A stretch of 64,000 bases of DNA from Chloroflexota bacterium (GTDB lineage Bacteria; Chloroflexota; Dehalococcoidia; UBA2979): the NCBI GenBank assembly GCA_027593235.1, contig JAQCIU010000015.1, forward strand, positions 8,847 to 72,846, given 5' to 3'. The notes beneath the pieces are model-generated. The model was not told where the DNA came from and did no database searches. It saw only the letters and a program-made list of their open reading frames with translations. Both the position numbers and the translations under genes were made by a program. This document shows positions 54,580-64,000 of this stretch, piece after piece (the stretch's first letter is position 1; every line of letters begins with the position of its first letter).

Positions 54580-55370
54580 CGAACGACCGCAGCGCCGGAT
54601 CGACGCCCTCCTCGATCGGGCCGTTGTAGGGATCGATGTGGGTAGCCGGCCCGCGCCGTCCTTGGGATCGACGCTCCGAGCGAGGACGCGATCGCCTTGC
54701 TCCATATGACGTCCACCAAAGGGTATCCGGGCAGTGGGCGCGCCCCGAGCCATTCGCCGACGGCGGACAGAAGGTGCTGGGTCTCGTCGATGAAGGTCGG
54801 GGGAACGAGTCTTCTTAGCCCACGACGCGGTGCTCGATTGCTACGGCGCTTTGTCGCCGTTCAAAACGAACGGCCTCGACGACGAGCGGAGCCGACGGAC
54901 CACACGCGAGGCGCGGCCGATGGTCCCGGCTGGGGCGCGAGAACATGGTCGCGATCTACAAAGATCGGCGAGCGGTGGAGGGGGAAATATCCTATCGGGC
55001 CAGCGTTCGCGGAGTTTCTCATGTCGTCAGGGACGGTGCCAGCGTCAGGGCGATCCATTCAGCGACGCACCGTTGTTCGCGGTTGTCGCCGGGGGCCGAA
55101 GACTGATCTGTGATCTCCGACTGCGGCCTCCGTCCCTGCCCGTCCCGTGCTCTCCCGTTTGGTCCCGCCTCATCCCTAGTCGGCTCGCTGGGTCTCCTTG
55201 GATCACGCCTGATCGTTCCACTGGCCTATACCAGTGAGGAGGTCGAGCAGCTCGTCAGTGACGGCATCGTCGGCCTCGAGGGCGGGCTCGACTGACGCCT
55301 GTGTGGAACGGGTATCCGATCCGACCTCAGCCCCGCTAATCCTCACCCCGGTCAAGACTCCCCGGTGCCC

Positions 55371-55399
55371 TTGAGCGGATCGGGATTGTGGCCGGACAG
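55371..55399 (+). mobile_element. Isolated IS terminal IR matching 50799 end in inverted orientation
   Basis: Reverse complement CTGTCCGGCCACAATCCCGATCCGCTCAA vs CTGTCGGGCCACAAAACCCGATCCGATCAA. Confidence 0.7.
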
Positions 55400-55569
55400 C
55401 TCCAAGTGAGTCCAGCTCAGCCCGCCAACGACAACGGAAGATTCTGAAGCCTCTCCAGCACGCTGGCGCTACTTGACCCTGATGAAGTGAGCTTTGCGCC
55501 CAGGATTTGGTCTCGTTGCCTCGACGGTTCTCCGGCGCCCGGAGGAGTGTCGACGTGCGGTATCGCGGG

Positions 55570-56703
55570 CTAGCTCAAGGCTGCAACGCGATGTGTGGAG
55601 ATCCAGTCTTCATCCAATTCCAGGCCGAGCCCCGGTGCGTTAGGAGCCGCCATCGCACCTCGCGAGTCTGGCGTGAGCGCCTCGGTCACGCCCCACTCGT
55701 GCATGCCGAGGGGCATCCAGTACTCGTAGTAGTCACAGTTGCTGATCGAGAGCATCACGTGGAGGTTGGCGGCGTTGAGGAGTTGGTTTCCGCCCATTCC
55801 GATCTCGCAGTTGATGCCAAACGCGTCGAGCATCACGCATAGGTGGCGAAGGCCCGTGATGCCCATTTTCCGAGCGGTGCCGCGGATCAGTTTCGCTGCA
55901 TCCCGTCGGACTGTAGCCACGGCTTGTTCGAGTAGAAACGGCGGGGCATCGGCGATCGCGACCGGAGTGTGCAGTGCCTTGGTCAGTTGTTCGATCGAGT
56001 CAAGATCCTGCCAGGGTAGAGGGTCCTCGAACCAGCTGAACCGTTGCGCGTCGAGGGCGGCCCCGATCGTGAGTGCCTGATTGAGGTCGTAGCCCGCGTT
56101 CGGGTCGAGCATTAGCTCCATGCTGTCGCCGACTGCGTCTCGAACCTGCGCGACCATGGTGACGACGCCGTCCGTGGATAGCTGCCCCGGGTGGATCTTG
56201 TACGCAGCGTAGCCGCCGTCCCGTAACTCGAGGGCTTCTCGGCGGTATGCAGTGGCGTCGGCACTCCGAGGCGGGTAGGTGGCGTAGACCGGTATTTCGT
56301 CGCGCATTGTCCCGAGGAGCGCATGGATGGGTAGACCGGCAGCTTTGCCGGCGATGTCCCAGAGAGCAACGTCGACGGGCGACATCGCCGAGTGTGCGAG
56401 TGCCGGCGAGGTGTCTAACTCGCTGCGTTGCGCCCAGACCGCTTCGCGTTCGCTCGCGAGACGTCCGACGATTCGTGGCTTGATCTGCTCGACGATTAGC
56501 TTGATCTCGTCGTCGGCGCTCCCGCCTTGCACCCCAACGAAACAGTGCCCCTCGATGCCGGCCGCCGTTCGGACGCGAAGAACGCCCTGGCGTACGCGAC
56601 CTCCGAGGGCGCCGCGCTGGTCATTGACCGGCACCCGCGGGGCGTCCCGTTCGATGAAGTCGATCGTGACGTCGACGATCTCAAGGTCGCGATTGACCGT
56701 CAT
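55570..56703 (-). CDS. Mandelate racemase/muconate lactonizing (enolase superfamily) enzyme
   Basis: VDVALWDIAGKAAGLPIH.LLG, YKIH, LMLD, WFEDP, APGLG. Confidence 0.9.
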   Translation of the reverse strand: MTVNRDLEIVDVTIDFIERDAPRVPVNDQRGALGGRVRQGVLRVRTAAGIEGHCFVGVQGGSADDEIKLIVEQIKPRIVGRLASEREAVWAQRSELDTSPALAHSAMSPVDVALWDIAGKAAGLPIHALLGTMRDEIPVYATYPPRSADATAYRREALELRDGGYAAYKIHPGQLSTDGVVTMVAQVRDAVGDSMELMLDPNAGYDLNQALTIGAALDAQRFSWFEDPLPWQDLDSIEQLTKALHTPVAIADAPPFLLEQAVATVRRDAAKLIRGTARKMGITGLRHLCVMLDAFGINCEIGMGGNQLLNAANLHVMLSISNCDYYEYWMPLGMHEWGVTEALTPDSRGAMAAPNAPGLGLELDEDWISTHRVAALS

Positions 56704-56782
56704 CGCGGTACCGCTCGGTCAGTCGGCACGCTCGCCGGATGCTCGACCGCCGGGCGTCGTGGCATCCGGCGGTAGGCCTGCA

Positions 56783-59056
56783 TCAGAGGCTCGCGCTGTA
56801 GATGTTCTGCGGCCCGTGCCGCTTCACAGGGCGGCCGCCGGTGGCGTACGGCGTGACCTCAATGTCGACTGAGTGAATCGTTCCAGTGAACTTGAACGGT
56901 GTCTGGTACTTGGGGCTGACCGGTGACTGGTAGTCCTCACCGATCCGAGTGCCACCGCCCCCGACGCCACGCATCAGGAATGGAAGCTCGGTCGTTCCCG
57001 CCTCCTTCCCATCGATCGAGAAGATCACACGCCCTTCGCCGCCGACGCCCTCGCCCTCGAAGCGGAGTCCGACGGTCGTCCGTCCTGTGGGTAATTCAAT
57101 GCTGGACTCTGCGAACGTGATGTCGGTGAACGCGTTGTAGTCGAAGTGGAGCTTGTTGCCCTGCACGTAGAACGCAATCCCGGTGTTCTGCGTCCCCTTC
57201 GCGAAGAGGAGCCCCTCGTCCGAGGTCGCCGCGCGCTCGAGGTCGATGGTCATCGTCCACTCCCCGAGACCCATCGCTGGCGAGACAGCCGCCGGGAGCC
57301 TAGAGATCGGCGGGATGTAGTGGTACTTGAGGTGTTCGTGGATGCCGCCCGGGCGCTGCTGCGGACCGACCAGCTGGAAGCTCCGGTCGTCGAGCGGCAG
57401 CACACCGTGCTTGCCGGCTTCGACCCACCAGAGGTCGATCAGCTCGCGCAGCTTCTCGGGCTCTGACTCCGCGAGGTCGTGGACCTCGGAGAAGTCCTGA
57501 TCGAGGTGGTAGAGCTGCCACTCGTCATCGGAGTACGGGTCGTTCTTGCGGTGCCGGGAGGTAGCCTTCCAGCCGTCTGCCCAGATCGCCCGGTGTCCGA
57601 ACATCTCGAAGTACTGCGGCGTGCGGCGATCGACCTCGGACTGCCCGAGCAGGGCGTCAGCAAAGCTGGAGCCGTGGATTGGCATCTGACTGATGCCCTG
57701 GAAACTCTCCGGCGCTTCGAGGTTGAGCAGCTCGAGGATCGTTGGGACGACATCGGTCACGTGCGCGAACTCGTGACGGATCGCGCCGCGATCGTTGATG
57801 CCCTTCGGCCAGTGGGCGACGAAGGGGTCGCGGATCCCGCCGCCGTGGACCGTGCTCTTGTACCACTTGAGTGGCGTGTTCCCGGCCTGAGCCCAACCCC
57901 AGGGGTAGTTCGGCGAGCTGCGCGGCCCACCGATGTCTTCGAGCTTGTCCTCTATCGTGTCGAGGTCGTCGAGGTAGGGGTGCGCGTAGCGGGCCTCGTC
58001 GGTGATCCCCTGTGGACCGCCCTCCTGACTCGCGCCATTGTCCGAGGTGACGATCAGGATCGTGTTGTCGATGTCCCCGGTTTCCTCGAGGAAACGGACA
58101 AGCCGACCGATCTGGGCGTCCGTGTGGTCGAGGAAGCCAGCGAATGCCTCCTGCAAGCGCGCCGCCAGCTTGCGAGCGTTCTCGGATAGGTCGTCCCACT
58201 GCTCTACGCCGGGGTTGCGTGGCGCAAGGTCCGTGCCCTTCGGCACGATGCCGCTCTCGAGCTGACGCGCGAACCATTCTTCGCGCGTCGCGTCCCAGCC
58301 CTGGTCGAACTTGCCGGCGTATTTGTCGACGTACTCTTTCGGTGCCTGGTGTGGTGAGTGCGTCGCGCCGAAGGGTAGGTAGAGGAAGAACGGTCGCGTG
58401 GGATAGACAGACCGGTGGTCGCGGATATACCCGATCGCGTGATCGACGACATCTTCGCTGAAGTGGTAGCCCTCTTCCGGGGTCTTCGGCGGGTGGACGT
58501 GATGGTTGTCCTCGGTCAAGTCAGGGTAGAACTGGTCCTCCGCACCTGACAGGAATCCGTAGTAGTGGTCGAACCCACGCTGCAGCGGCCATGCATCGAA
58601 CGGTCCCGCAGCGGAACGCTCCTCTTTAGGAGCGAGGTGCCACTTGCCGGTCGCGAACGTGGCATAGCCCTGGTCGCGCAGCATCTCGGCGAGTGTGGCT
58701 GCGTTCTTGGTGATCGCACCTCGCATGTTGGGGAAGCCGCTGTCGTAGTCGGCGATCCCACGCATTCCGATCGAGTGGTGGTTGCGTCCCGTGAGCAGGC
58801 TGGCCCGCGTCGGCGAGCAGAGCGCGGTCGTGTGGAAGTTGGAGAAGCGAACGCCGCCCGCGGCCAACGCATCGATGTTCGGTGTCTCGATCGTCGACCC
58901 GTAGCAGCCGAAATGTGCGAACCCCAGGTCGTCAAAGAGGATGACGACCACGTTGGGGGACTTGCCATCGGCTGTCGCGGGAACCGCTGGCCACCACGGC
59001 TGCGACTCCTGAAAGCTGCGCCCAATCGTCCCTTGAAAACCTGGTTCCGTTGTCAT
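56783..59056 (-). CDS. Cys-type arylsulfatase
   Basis: DDLGF, LCSPTRASLLTG (FGly motif), GKWHL, HSPHQ, SDNG. Confidence 0.94.
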   Translation of the reverse strand: MTTEPGFQGTIGRSFQESQPWWPAVPATADGKSPNVVVILFDDLGFAHFGCYGSTIETPNIDALAAGGVRFSNFHTTALCSPTRASLLTGRNHHSIGMRGIADYDSGFPNMRGAITKNAATLAEMLRDQGYATFATGKWHLAPKEERSAAGPFDAWPLQRGFDHYYGFLSGAEDQFYPDLTEDNHHVHPPKTPEEGYHFSEDVVDHAIGYIRDHRSVYPTRPFFLYLPFGATHSPHQAPKEYVDKYAGKFDQGWDATREEWFARQLESGIVPKGTDLAPRNPGVEQWDDLSENARKLAARLQEAFAGFLDHTDAQIGRLVRFLEETGDIDNTILIVTSDNGASQEGGPQGITDEARYAHPYLDDLDTIEDKLEDIGGPRSSPNYPWGWAQAGNTPLKWYKSTVHGGGIRDPFVAHWPKGINDRGAIRHEFAHVTDVVPTILELLNLEAPESFQGISQMPIHGSSFADALLGQSEVDRRTPQYFEMFGHRAIWADGWKATSRHRKNDPYSDDEWQLYHLDQDFSEVHDLAESEPEKLRELIDLWWVEAGKHGVLPLDDRSFQLVGPQQRPGGIHEHLKYHYIPPISRLPAAVSPAMGLGEWTMTIDLERAATSDEGLLFAKGTQNTGIAFYVQGNKLHFDYNAFTDITFAESSIELPTGRTTVGLRFEGEGVGGEGRVIFSIDGKEAGTTELPFLMRGVGGGGTRIGEDYQSPVSPKYQTPFKFTGTIHSVDIEVTPYATGGRPVKRHGPQNIYSASL

Positions 59057-60066
59057 CGTGCAGCTCCTTGATCGAATGCGTCTGGTTCGTTTTTCTTGGT
59101 GTGGTCAGGCGTCATCGAGCTCCTCGCCGCACTCGACGCGCAGCGAAATCCGATGTTGCTGGCGCTGCTATCTGGCGAGGAACTCATGCGGGCCGCCGGG
59201 CGGTAGCGCGCGCAGTAGCTCTCGTGGCAGAGGAACGAGCCGCCCTTTGTCACCCTCAGATCGCCGTCGGGGGGGCCTGCCGGGTCGACTCCCGTGCGCC
59301 CGTCCAGTGGGACGCCGAACCAGTCGGAGCACCACTCCCAGACGTTGCCGGTCATGTTGTGCAGGCCATATCCGTTTGGCGCGAAGGCGTCGACCGGGCA
59401 AGTGCCGTACCAAGCATCGTCCGAGGTGTTCCGCGTCGGGAATGTGCCCTGCCAGACGTTCGACCGGTGCTGGCCAGAGGGCTCGAGGTCGTCACCCCAT
59501 GGGAACCGCATGCCTTCCAGTCCGCCGCGCGCCGCGTATTCCCACTGAGCCTCCGTCGGTAGCTGTTTGCCAGTCCAGCCGGCGTACGCCGAGGCATCGT
59601 TCCAGCTCACGTGCACCACGGGATGATCGGCGCGGCCGACGACGGTGCTGTCAGGGCCCTCGGGGTGGTTCCAGTCGGCGCCCTCTACCTGGCGCCACCA
59701 GGGCGCGTCGGCGACACCCCGGGTGGGTGGAAACTCGTCGGGCAGCAACCCACCGAAGACGAACGACCACCCGAAGCGCTCCGCGTCGGTCTCGTACCCG
59801 CTTGCCTCGATGAACAGCCGGAACTTGGCGTTGGTCACCGTGTGGATGTCGATCAGGAACGGAGAAATGGAGACCTCGCGGACGGGTCCCTCGCCGTCGG
59901 CCGGATAGGCGAGTTCATCCTCGGAGCCCATCAAGAAGGTTCCGCCTGGGATCGCCACCATTTGATCGAGGTTGCGTGGGGCGTTTTCGGTCGCGGGTAC
60001 GGGGGGTACCGAGGTGGCAATCGGAAGCCCTCGGTCGTGGCTGGGTGCACAGCAGGCGCAGCTCAT
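59053..60066 (-). CDS. Formylglycine-generating enzyme (FGE-sulfatase)
   Basis: HPVVHVSWND, LPTEAQWEYAARGG, GNVWEW, KGGSFLCHESYCARYR, GFRC. Confidence 0.94.
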   Translation of the reverse strand: MSCACCAPSHDRGLPIATSVPPVPATENAPRNLDQMVAIPGGTFLMGSEDELAYPADGEGPVREVSISPFLIDIHTVTNAKFRLFIEASGYETDAERFGWSFVFGGLLPDEFPPTRGVADAPWWRQVEGADWNHPEGPDSTVVGRADHPVVHVSWNDASAYAGWTGKQLPTEAQWEYAARGGLEGMRFPWGDDLEPSGQHRSNVWQGTFPTRNTSDDAWYGTCPVDAFAPNGYGLHNMTGNVWEWCSDWFGVPLDGRTGVDPAGPPDGDLRVTKGGSFLCHESYCARYRPAARMSSSPDSSASNIGFRCASSAARSSMTPDHTKKNEPDAFDQGAAR

Positions 60067-60070
60067 CGAC

Positions 60071-61354
60071 TCACCACGCCCGATTCGGGTCTGGGAGGTG
60101 CTCGGCAACGACGCCGCCAGCGATGTAGGCGTCGATCTCGTCATCGGAATAGCCGATCTCGCCGAGGATCTCGCGCATGTGCTGCCCGAACGCGGGAGAG
60201 CGGTCAGCGGCCTCGTACCGATCGCGGCCGAAGCGGACGGGGGCGGTGGGCATCACCATCGGCCCGACCGCCGGATGATCGGCGGAATACACGAAGTCGT
60301 TAGCGGTGGCTTGCTCGCCCACCATCGCCTCCTCCAGGAACCCGGCCATCGCGCACGGGATGCCTGCCGACTTCAACTTCTGCAGCAGATCGTTGCTGTT
60401 CCAGTTTGCGATTGCTGCCTTGATGCGGCCGCGTAACGCCGCCGCGTGTTCGCGCGGATCGTCAGGCGGCTGCCAGTTGTGGTCCGAAATGCTGGGATCG
60501 TCGAGGCCGAGGAGCGGGAGGAACTTCTGAAGCATCCGCTTCGATGCACCGACCGCGATCCAGCGATGGTCGGCGGTCTCGTAGGTACCGGCGGCCGCGA
60601 ATGGCCCCTGCATCCGCCGTCGCTCGGATGCTTCGCGCGTGTTCGGTTCTTCGGTCCGGACCCACTCTATGAACTCGCGCTTCCAGAGGTCGACTGCGTC
60701 GAAGATGCTCGCCGTGCCGTGCTGTAACGCGAGGCCAGCCTGGAACAGGGTCGTTCCGACCTGCTGTCCGAGCCCGGTCTGCTCACGACGCCAGAGGGCC
60801 GACGAGACGCCGAACGCCAGCAGCACGCCGGCCATGTAGTCGGTGAGGAACGCGTCCGTGTAGCGTGGCTCGTCGCCGTCGAACGCCCCGGCAGACAACA
60901 ACATCCCTGAGGCGGCCTGTGCCTGGAAGTCGGCTCCTGCGAGTCCGCCGTACGGGCCCTTCGACCCGAACGCGCTGATCTCGGCGACGATGATGCGGGG
61001 GTTCTCGGCGCTGAGGCTCTCGTAGTCCAGCTCGTATCGGGCGAGCGTGCCCGGCCGCATGTTCGAGATCACAACGTCTGCCCGCAGGGCCAACTGGCGA
61101 GCGATCGCTCTGCCATCCGCGTGTCCGAGGTTGATGGGTATACCGCGCTTTCCGCGGGCCTTGATGATGTACTGCCGACCCTCGCCCGGGATGATCGAGC
61201 TGTTGAAGCGGGTGGCATCGCCCTCGATCGGTTCGATCTTGATCACGTCAGCGCCGCCGTGCGCGAACATCTCGGCGGCGTACGGCCCGGCGACGAACAC
61301 GCCGAACTCGACGACGCGCAGGCCCTCGAACAGCGGTTGTTGGGACTCGGTCAT
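60071..61354 (-). CDS. Family III CoA-transferase (CaiB/BaiF)
   Basis: VAGP, GADVIKIEP..GD, ADVVISNMRPG, TDYMAG, SPAFGQH. Confidence 0.9.
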   Translation of the reverse strand: MTESQQPLFEGLRVVEFGVFVAGPYAAEMFAHGGADVIKIEPIEGDATRFNSSIIPGEGRQYIIKARGKRGIPINLGHADGRAIARQLALRADVVISNMRPGTLARYELDYESLSAENPRIIVAEISAFGSKGPYGGLAGADFQAQAASGMLLSAGAFDGDEPRYTDAFLTDYMAGVLLAFGVSSALWRREQTGLGQQVGTTLFQAGLALQHGTASIFDAVDLWKREFIEWVRTEEPNTREASERRRMQGPFAAAGTYETADHRWIAVGASKRMLQKFLPLLGLDDPSISDHNWQPPDDPREHAAALRGRIKAAIANWNSNDLLQKLKSAGIPCAMAGFLEEAMVGEQATANDFVYSADHPAVGPMVMPTAPVRFGRDRYEAADRSPAFGQHMREILGEIGYSDDEIDAYIAGGVVAEHLPDPNRAW

Positions 61355-61387
61355 CGTTGTGTCCTCCTGAGCCAACGGTCGGCGCGG

Positions 61388-62299
61388 CTAGCGGTTGCGG
61401 GCGTACGGATTGGTGGCCTCGACGATCGCGTCGGCGAGGAAGTTGAGCGAAATCAAGATCAGCGACAGGACGAGGGTGGGGAAGAGGATGTACCACCACG
61501 CGCCGCTGGTGAGCCACTGGCGCGCGTCCGACAGCAAGATGCCGATCGTCGGGATCGGCGGGGACGCGCCGAGTCCGAGGAAGTTGAGCGTTGCCTCGGC
61601 GATCACGGCGAAGGCCATCACCAGTGCCGCCTGCACCAGGAGCGGCGGCAGGGTGTTGATCGCGATATGGCGGAGGATGATGCGGAGCGGCGTGGCACCG
61701 AGCGAGCGTGCCGCGATGACGTACTCGCGCTCCTTCTCCTGGAGCATTTGCCCTCGGGCGAGTCGCGCGAACACCGGAATGGCGCCGATTCCGAGGGTGA
61801 TCGCAATTTCGCGTAGCCCGGTGCCGAGGATCGCGAGCACGACCATCGCGGTCAGCAACCCGGGGAACGCGAGCATCGTATCGATCAGCCGCATCAGGAC
61901 GCTCTCGACCCAGCCTCCGCTGTAGCCGGCGAGGTAGCCGATGCCCACACCGATAGGGGCACCGATGGCGACCGCGCTGGCGCTCACCAGGAGTGAGATC
62001 CGGAGTCCGACGAGGATGCGCGTCAGCATGTCTCGATTGAGATGATCTGTACCGAGGGGGTAGGTCCAGGACGGACTCTCGAGGCGCGCCCCGCGGATCT
62101 GCTCTGCGTAATCATGCGGAGTCAGGACCGATGCGAATGCAGCACCGAAGACGAGGAGCGCCAGTATGACCACCGCGATCTGCCCGCGCCGCTCTCGGAT
62201 AACCCGGTAGGTGACGTCAACGAGCTGCGATTCCCGGCGCCACTCGAGCATCCGCTGTCGTTGCAGACTGATCTCGACTGTTGGTTCGGGCGCGGCCAT
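61388..62299 (-). CDS. ABC transporter permease (DppC/OppC type)
   Basis: LGTD.L.RD, EYVIAARSLGA..LRII.RH EAA motif. Confidence 0.93.
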   Translation of the reverse strand: MAAPEPTVEISLQRQRMLEWRRESQLVDVTYRVIRERRGQIAVVILALLVFGAAFASVLTPHDYAEQIRGARLESPSWTYPLGTDHLNRDMLTRILVGLRISLLVSASAVAIGAPIGVGIGYLAGYSGGWVESVLMRLIDTMLAFPGLLTAMVVLAILGTGLREIAITLGIGAIPVFARLARGQMLQEKEREYVIAARSLGATPLRIILRHIAINTLPPLLVQAALVMAFAVIAEATLNFLGLGASPPIPTIGILLSDARQWLTSGAWWYILFPTLVLSLILISLNFLADAIVEATNPYARNR

Positions 62300-63243
62300 C
62301 AGCGGACCCGGATCCGTGGATCGGCGAATCCGTAGGTGATGTCGGCCACGGTGTTCGCCGCGATGAAGATCGCTACGAGGACGGCGAGCAGGGCCTGGAG
62401 GAGGACATAATCGCGGCCGACTACGGCCGCGATGAGGAGGCTGCCGAAGCCGGGTCGCGAAAAGACGACCTCGACGACCAGCGCTCCGGAGATGAGGCCG
62501 CCAACCTGAAGCGCCGCTACGGTAATTACGGGGATGAGCGCGTTACGCATGGCATGGCGCAGCACGACATCGCGTTCCTTCAAGCCTTTCGCGCGGGCGG
62601 TACGAACATAATCCTGATTCATGACCTCCTGCATCGAAGCACGCACGAATCGCGAGAGCACGGAGCCCAGCGAAGATCCGACCGCTATCGTCGGGAGGAT
62701 CAGGAATTTCAGCGCCTGCAGCGGATCGTCGCTGAACGCGACGCGTCCGGAGACGGGTAGCCAGCCCAGCTCGACGCCGACGACCCAGAGCAGGAGCAAC
62801 CCGAGGATGAAGTTCGGGATGCCGAGCGTCGAAACCGTGAACGCGGTCGCAAAATAGTCCGCGAAGCCACCGGGTTTGATGCCGGCCATGATCCCGATCG
62901 GTACCCCAATGAGCGTGGCGAGAATGTAGCCGGCGATCGCCAGCTCGATCGTCGGTTGCACTGAGTTGCTGAGCACGCTGCCAACCGGCTGATTCCGGGT
63001 GAACGACGTGCCGAAGTCGCCGGTGACCGCAGAGCTGAGCCAATCCCAGTATTGAACGACCACGGGATCGTTCAGACCCAACCGCTCACGCACCTCGAAG
63101 ACGTCCTCGGTGCTCGCGTCATCCCCGGCGATCAGGGTGGCGGGATCGCCGGGGATCAACCGGACCGCGAAGAAGACGGCCAGGCTGGCGAGGAAGACGA
63201 CCAGAACCGCCTCGGCGGAACGACGCACCATGAAGCTGGTCAT
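62299..63243 (-). CDS. ABC transporter permease (DppB/OppB type)
   Basis: PGDPA, GDFG.S, DYVRTARAKGL, RNALIPV, DPRIR. Confidence 0.94.
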   Translation of the reverse strand: MTSFMVRRSAEAVLVVFLASLAVFFAVRLIPGDPATLIAGDDASTEDVFEVRERLGLNDPVVVQYWDWLSSAVTGDFGTSFTRNQPVGSVLSNSVQPTIELAIAGYILATLIGVPIGIMAGIKPGGFADYFATAFTVSTLGIPNFILGLLLLWVVGVELGWLPVSGRVAFSDDPLQALKFLILPTIAVGSSLGSVLSRFVRASMQEVMNQDYVRTARAKGLKERDVVLRHAMRNALIPVITVAALQVGGLISGALVVEVVFSRPGFGSLLIAAVVGRDYVLLQALLAVLVAIFIAANTVADITYGFADPRIRVR

Positions 63244-63315
63244 GCGCGGCACCTTCCTTGAAGGCGGTTCTGGCAATCCTCTCGCTCCGAGGGTGGCCGA
63301 AGCGCGGCCACCCCG

Positions 63316-64000
63316 CTACGCGTCTTCGTTGATTGAGTACCGGGAGTGGAACGGGATCGACAGGATGTCCCACTTCAGGTTCTGCAGCTTCTTCGACCAT
63401 GCCCAGACGTAGCCGCGGCTGACGATTGGAGCGACCCAGGGCTCGCGGTCGTACAGCTCGTTCAGCCGTCCGTGAAGCGCGGCGCGCTCCTCAGCGCTCG
63501 GCTGGGCACCGTACGCGTCGATGATCTCCCGGTACTCCGGCGTGTCGTAAGCACAGGAGTTCGGGATCCGCATCTGGTAGTTCATCACCGGGAGCGTTTC
63601 GGGCTGCAGCGAATAGAACGCGAAGGAGCCGATATAGGCGCCCGGAAGGGTCCCGGACCGGAACATGTCGCCCTGAACGGCGCCTTCGCGTGTCACGATC
63701 TCGAAATTGATGCCGATCTTCGCGGCGTCCGCCTGAATGACCGCCGCGATGTCATCGTCGGCCGGATCTCCACCTGAGCGGAATGACAGCTCGATCGTCT
63801 CGCCGGCCCAGCCAGACTCGTCGATCAGCGCCTTCGCGGCCTCGAGGTTGAAGTGCTCGCGGTCGAATTCCGGGTCGTACGCCTCAGAGAATGGCATCCA
63901 ATAGAACTCGATCGGGTCCTTCAGACCCTGGAACGTCTCGTTCGCGAGGCGCTTCCGATCGATGGCCATGTAGAGCGCGCGTCGGACCCGTGGATCGTCG
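63316..64000 (-). CDS. ABC transporter substrate-binding protein, family 5 (partial)
   Basis: DPRVRRALYMAIDR, AKALIDESG; upstream of the permeases; runs off window end. Confidence 0.85.
   Translation of the reverse strand, partial: DDPRVRRALYMAIDRKRLANETFQGLKDPIEFYWMPFSEAYDPEFDREHFNLEAAKALIDESGWAGETIELSFRSGGDPADDDIAAVIQADAAKIGINFEIVTREGAVQGDMFRSGTLPGAYIGSFAFYSLQPETLPVMNYQMRIPNSCAYDTPEYREIIDAYGAQPSAEERAALHGRLNELYDREPWVAPIVSRGYVWAWSKKLQNLKWDILSIPFHSRYSINEDA

Noticed and set aside
54600-55300. Short ORFs between the TPR fragment and the IS end
   Set aside because: No recognisable intact product; looks like decayed debris, with only a CoA-transferase-like tail (YTSEEVEQLVSDGIV)

Overview
High-GC bacterial chromosomal segment, most consistent with Chloroflexota (Dehalococcoidia-like). 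That assignment is inferred from the extended GreA, the ccm/caa3 cluster layout and the catabolic paralogs. The left ~47 kb is mostly core or semi-core. It carries rsmG, greA, ctaB plus a System I cytochrome c maturation operon divergent from a caa3-type cytochrome c oxidase operon, nadE, a DUF2520-folP pair, a K+ channel, Ku-LigD NHEJ, a xanthine-dehydrogenase-family MSL trio with MoaD, a PspC/HtrA/LuxR stress region, trxB and an AlkD-like gene. A displaced tRNA-Pro-like 3' fragment at ~47.9 kb marks a probable genomic-island boundary. Beyond it lie nested IS remnants (IS30, rve-type, IS110), IR-bracketed catabolic cargo, and an ABC transporter/CoA-transferase/FGE/arylsulfatase/enolase-family operon that runs off the window end. 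I found no CRISPR array, rRNA or intact tRNA. I found no single unmistakable new multi-gene system. The best leads are an unannotated 33-aa RiPP-precursor-like ORF, tandem hairpin+motif spacers inside two redox operons, an 11-bp-period operator array between an orphan wHTH gene and a Zn-ribbon microprotein, a GreA with a recombinase-like N-terminal domain, and a co-transcribed pair of apparent pseudoenzymes. All family calls come from motif recognition by eye; no searches were run.
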